From Macrostomum lignano (taxonomy: Eukaryota): a stretch of 64,000 nucleotides of DNA. The stretch spans positions 62,001 to 126,000 of the forward strand of contig NIVC01000740.1 of NCBI GenBank assembly GCA_002269645.1, in the 5' to 3' direction. Positions within the stretch are counted from its first letter, which is position 1. The number at the start of each line of letters is the position of its first letter. Made by a program: the position numbers and the translations under genes. A model generated the notes under the pieces. That model saw only the letters and a list, made by a program, of their open reading frames with translations. It had not been told where the DNA came from and did no database searches. Below, piece after piece: positions 62,936-64,000 of this stretch.

Positions 62936-64000
62936 ATGGTGCCTCTAGGCGTTCAGCGTCTATGGACGGCCATGACCAGAACCAAACCGGTGGACCGGGA
63001 CATGATGTCCACTCCGCTGAACCGTTGCCTGAGCACAATGGATCTCATCCTGCTCGGGGTTGGAAACATGTGCGGCGCCGGTATCTACGTTCTAACAGGT
63101 ACAGTAGTGAAAAAGAAGGCCGGACCAGCCACTTTTCTGTCCTACCTGATTGCCGGGTTCACGGCTTTTCTCAACGGCCTATGCTACGCTGAGCTGGGCT
63201 CCCGCGTGCCCAAAGCTGGGAGCGCCTACAGCTACACGTATGTGGCTACCGGCGAATTTCTTGGTGAGTTGCATCAAGCTATTCGCACTCTGTTGGTAAA
63301 AGAAATATTGATACAAAGAAGACCTTAAAAGTTGGCTAATTTTCTTAATTGAAATTAGTCAAGTGCCCTCACGCGCCTCACAAAGGTTGTCTCATTCCTT
63401 TGATGGCACCCACCCTACTTCACAATCCCCTGCAGTCTCCTACCGTGGTATGACGTGGTATGTCGTCGAGCAAATATTATTTTAAGTTAGACCTTGTTGA
63501 AATTGTAAAGATACTATAAATTCCATAATCCGGCTGCATATTTGGATCATTTAGATAAAACTAGAAGCTCGCTGTTTCTTTCCACAGCCTTCGTTATCGG
63601 TTGGAGCATCATACTGGAGTACGTTCTGTCCGCAGCCAGCATCGCCCGCGGATTCAGCGGCACTTTAGACGCTCTCACTTCAGACAGCGTCAGCAACTGG
63701 ACTATCAAGCATATCGGAACATTCTACACGCAGGCACCGAACACTACCTCTGATGATTACCTAATCTCGTACTACCCGGATTTTATGTCCGTTCTACTGG
63801 TCCTAATCGTGGCCGTGATCCTCAGCCTTGGCGCCAACCTGTCCAAGCACTTTAACACGGTGACCACTTCGTTGAACGTTATAATTTTAGTGTTCACCAC
63901 CGGAATTATGTTTAGCCTGGCTAACACCGCCAATTGGAGCAGCCATGCCTTCATGCCCTACCACTTCTCCGGCGTGCTCTCAGGAGCGGCCACCTGCTTC
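62936..64000 (+). CDS. Cationic amino-acid transporter (SLC7A1-4/CAT family), 5' part; exons 62936-63263 and 63588->64000
   Basis: LNRCLSTMDLILLGVGNMCGAGIYVLTG, AGPA, LCYAELGSRVPKAGSAYSYTYVATGEF, |AFVIGWSIILEY, FMPY.FSGVLSGAATCF; the phase-1 intron fits. Confidence 0.93.

Overview
Eukaryotic (metazoan) genomic window, repeat-rich, with GT-AG introns. The style (minisatellite-filled introns, Ala/Gln-rich exons, peptide GPCR) suggests a free-living flatworm such as Macrostomum, which is inference only. Host genes: an ankyrin-repeat gene (-), YIPF6 (-), a ZC3H4/ZC3H6 [Su(s)]-like CCCH gene (+), a class A peptide-type GPCR (+) and the 5' part of an SLC7/CAT amino-acid transporter (+). Mobile DNA: (i) a young, fully bounded Ty3/Gypsy-type LTR element (14643-21795; 764-bp LTRs, CGAG TSD, tRNA-Leu PBS, PPT) that has lost RT/RNaseH/integrase core but keeps a short gag and an intact, unrecognised 378-aa extra ORF; (ii) a Harbinger/Tourist-like MITE inside its 5' LTR; (iii) an intronless Crypton-type tyrosine-recombinase ORF with atypical catalytic motifs, flanked by a 12-bp direct repeat and palindromic GCGGAG motifs; (iv) a dead IS630/Tc1 element; (v) a fold-back element; (vi) a tRNA-derived SINE family. 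There is also a gap-truncated orphan ORF with an HUH-like motif, a probable small-GTPase-like relic whose exon appears to have seeded a 28-bp minisatellite, about 17 tandem-repeat arrays and a 575-N gap. No CRISPR, rRNA or intact tRNA was found. All exon models and alignments were done by eye.
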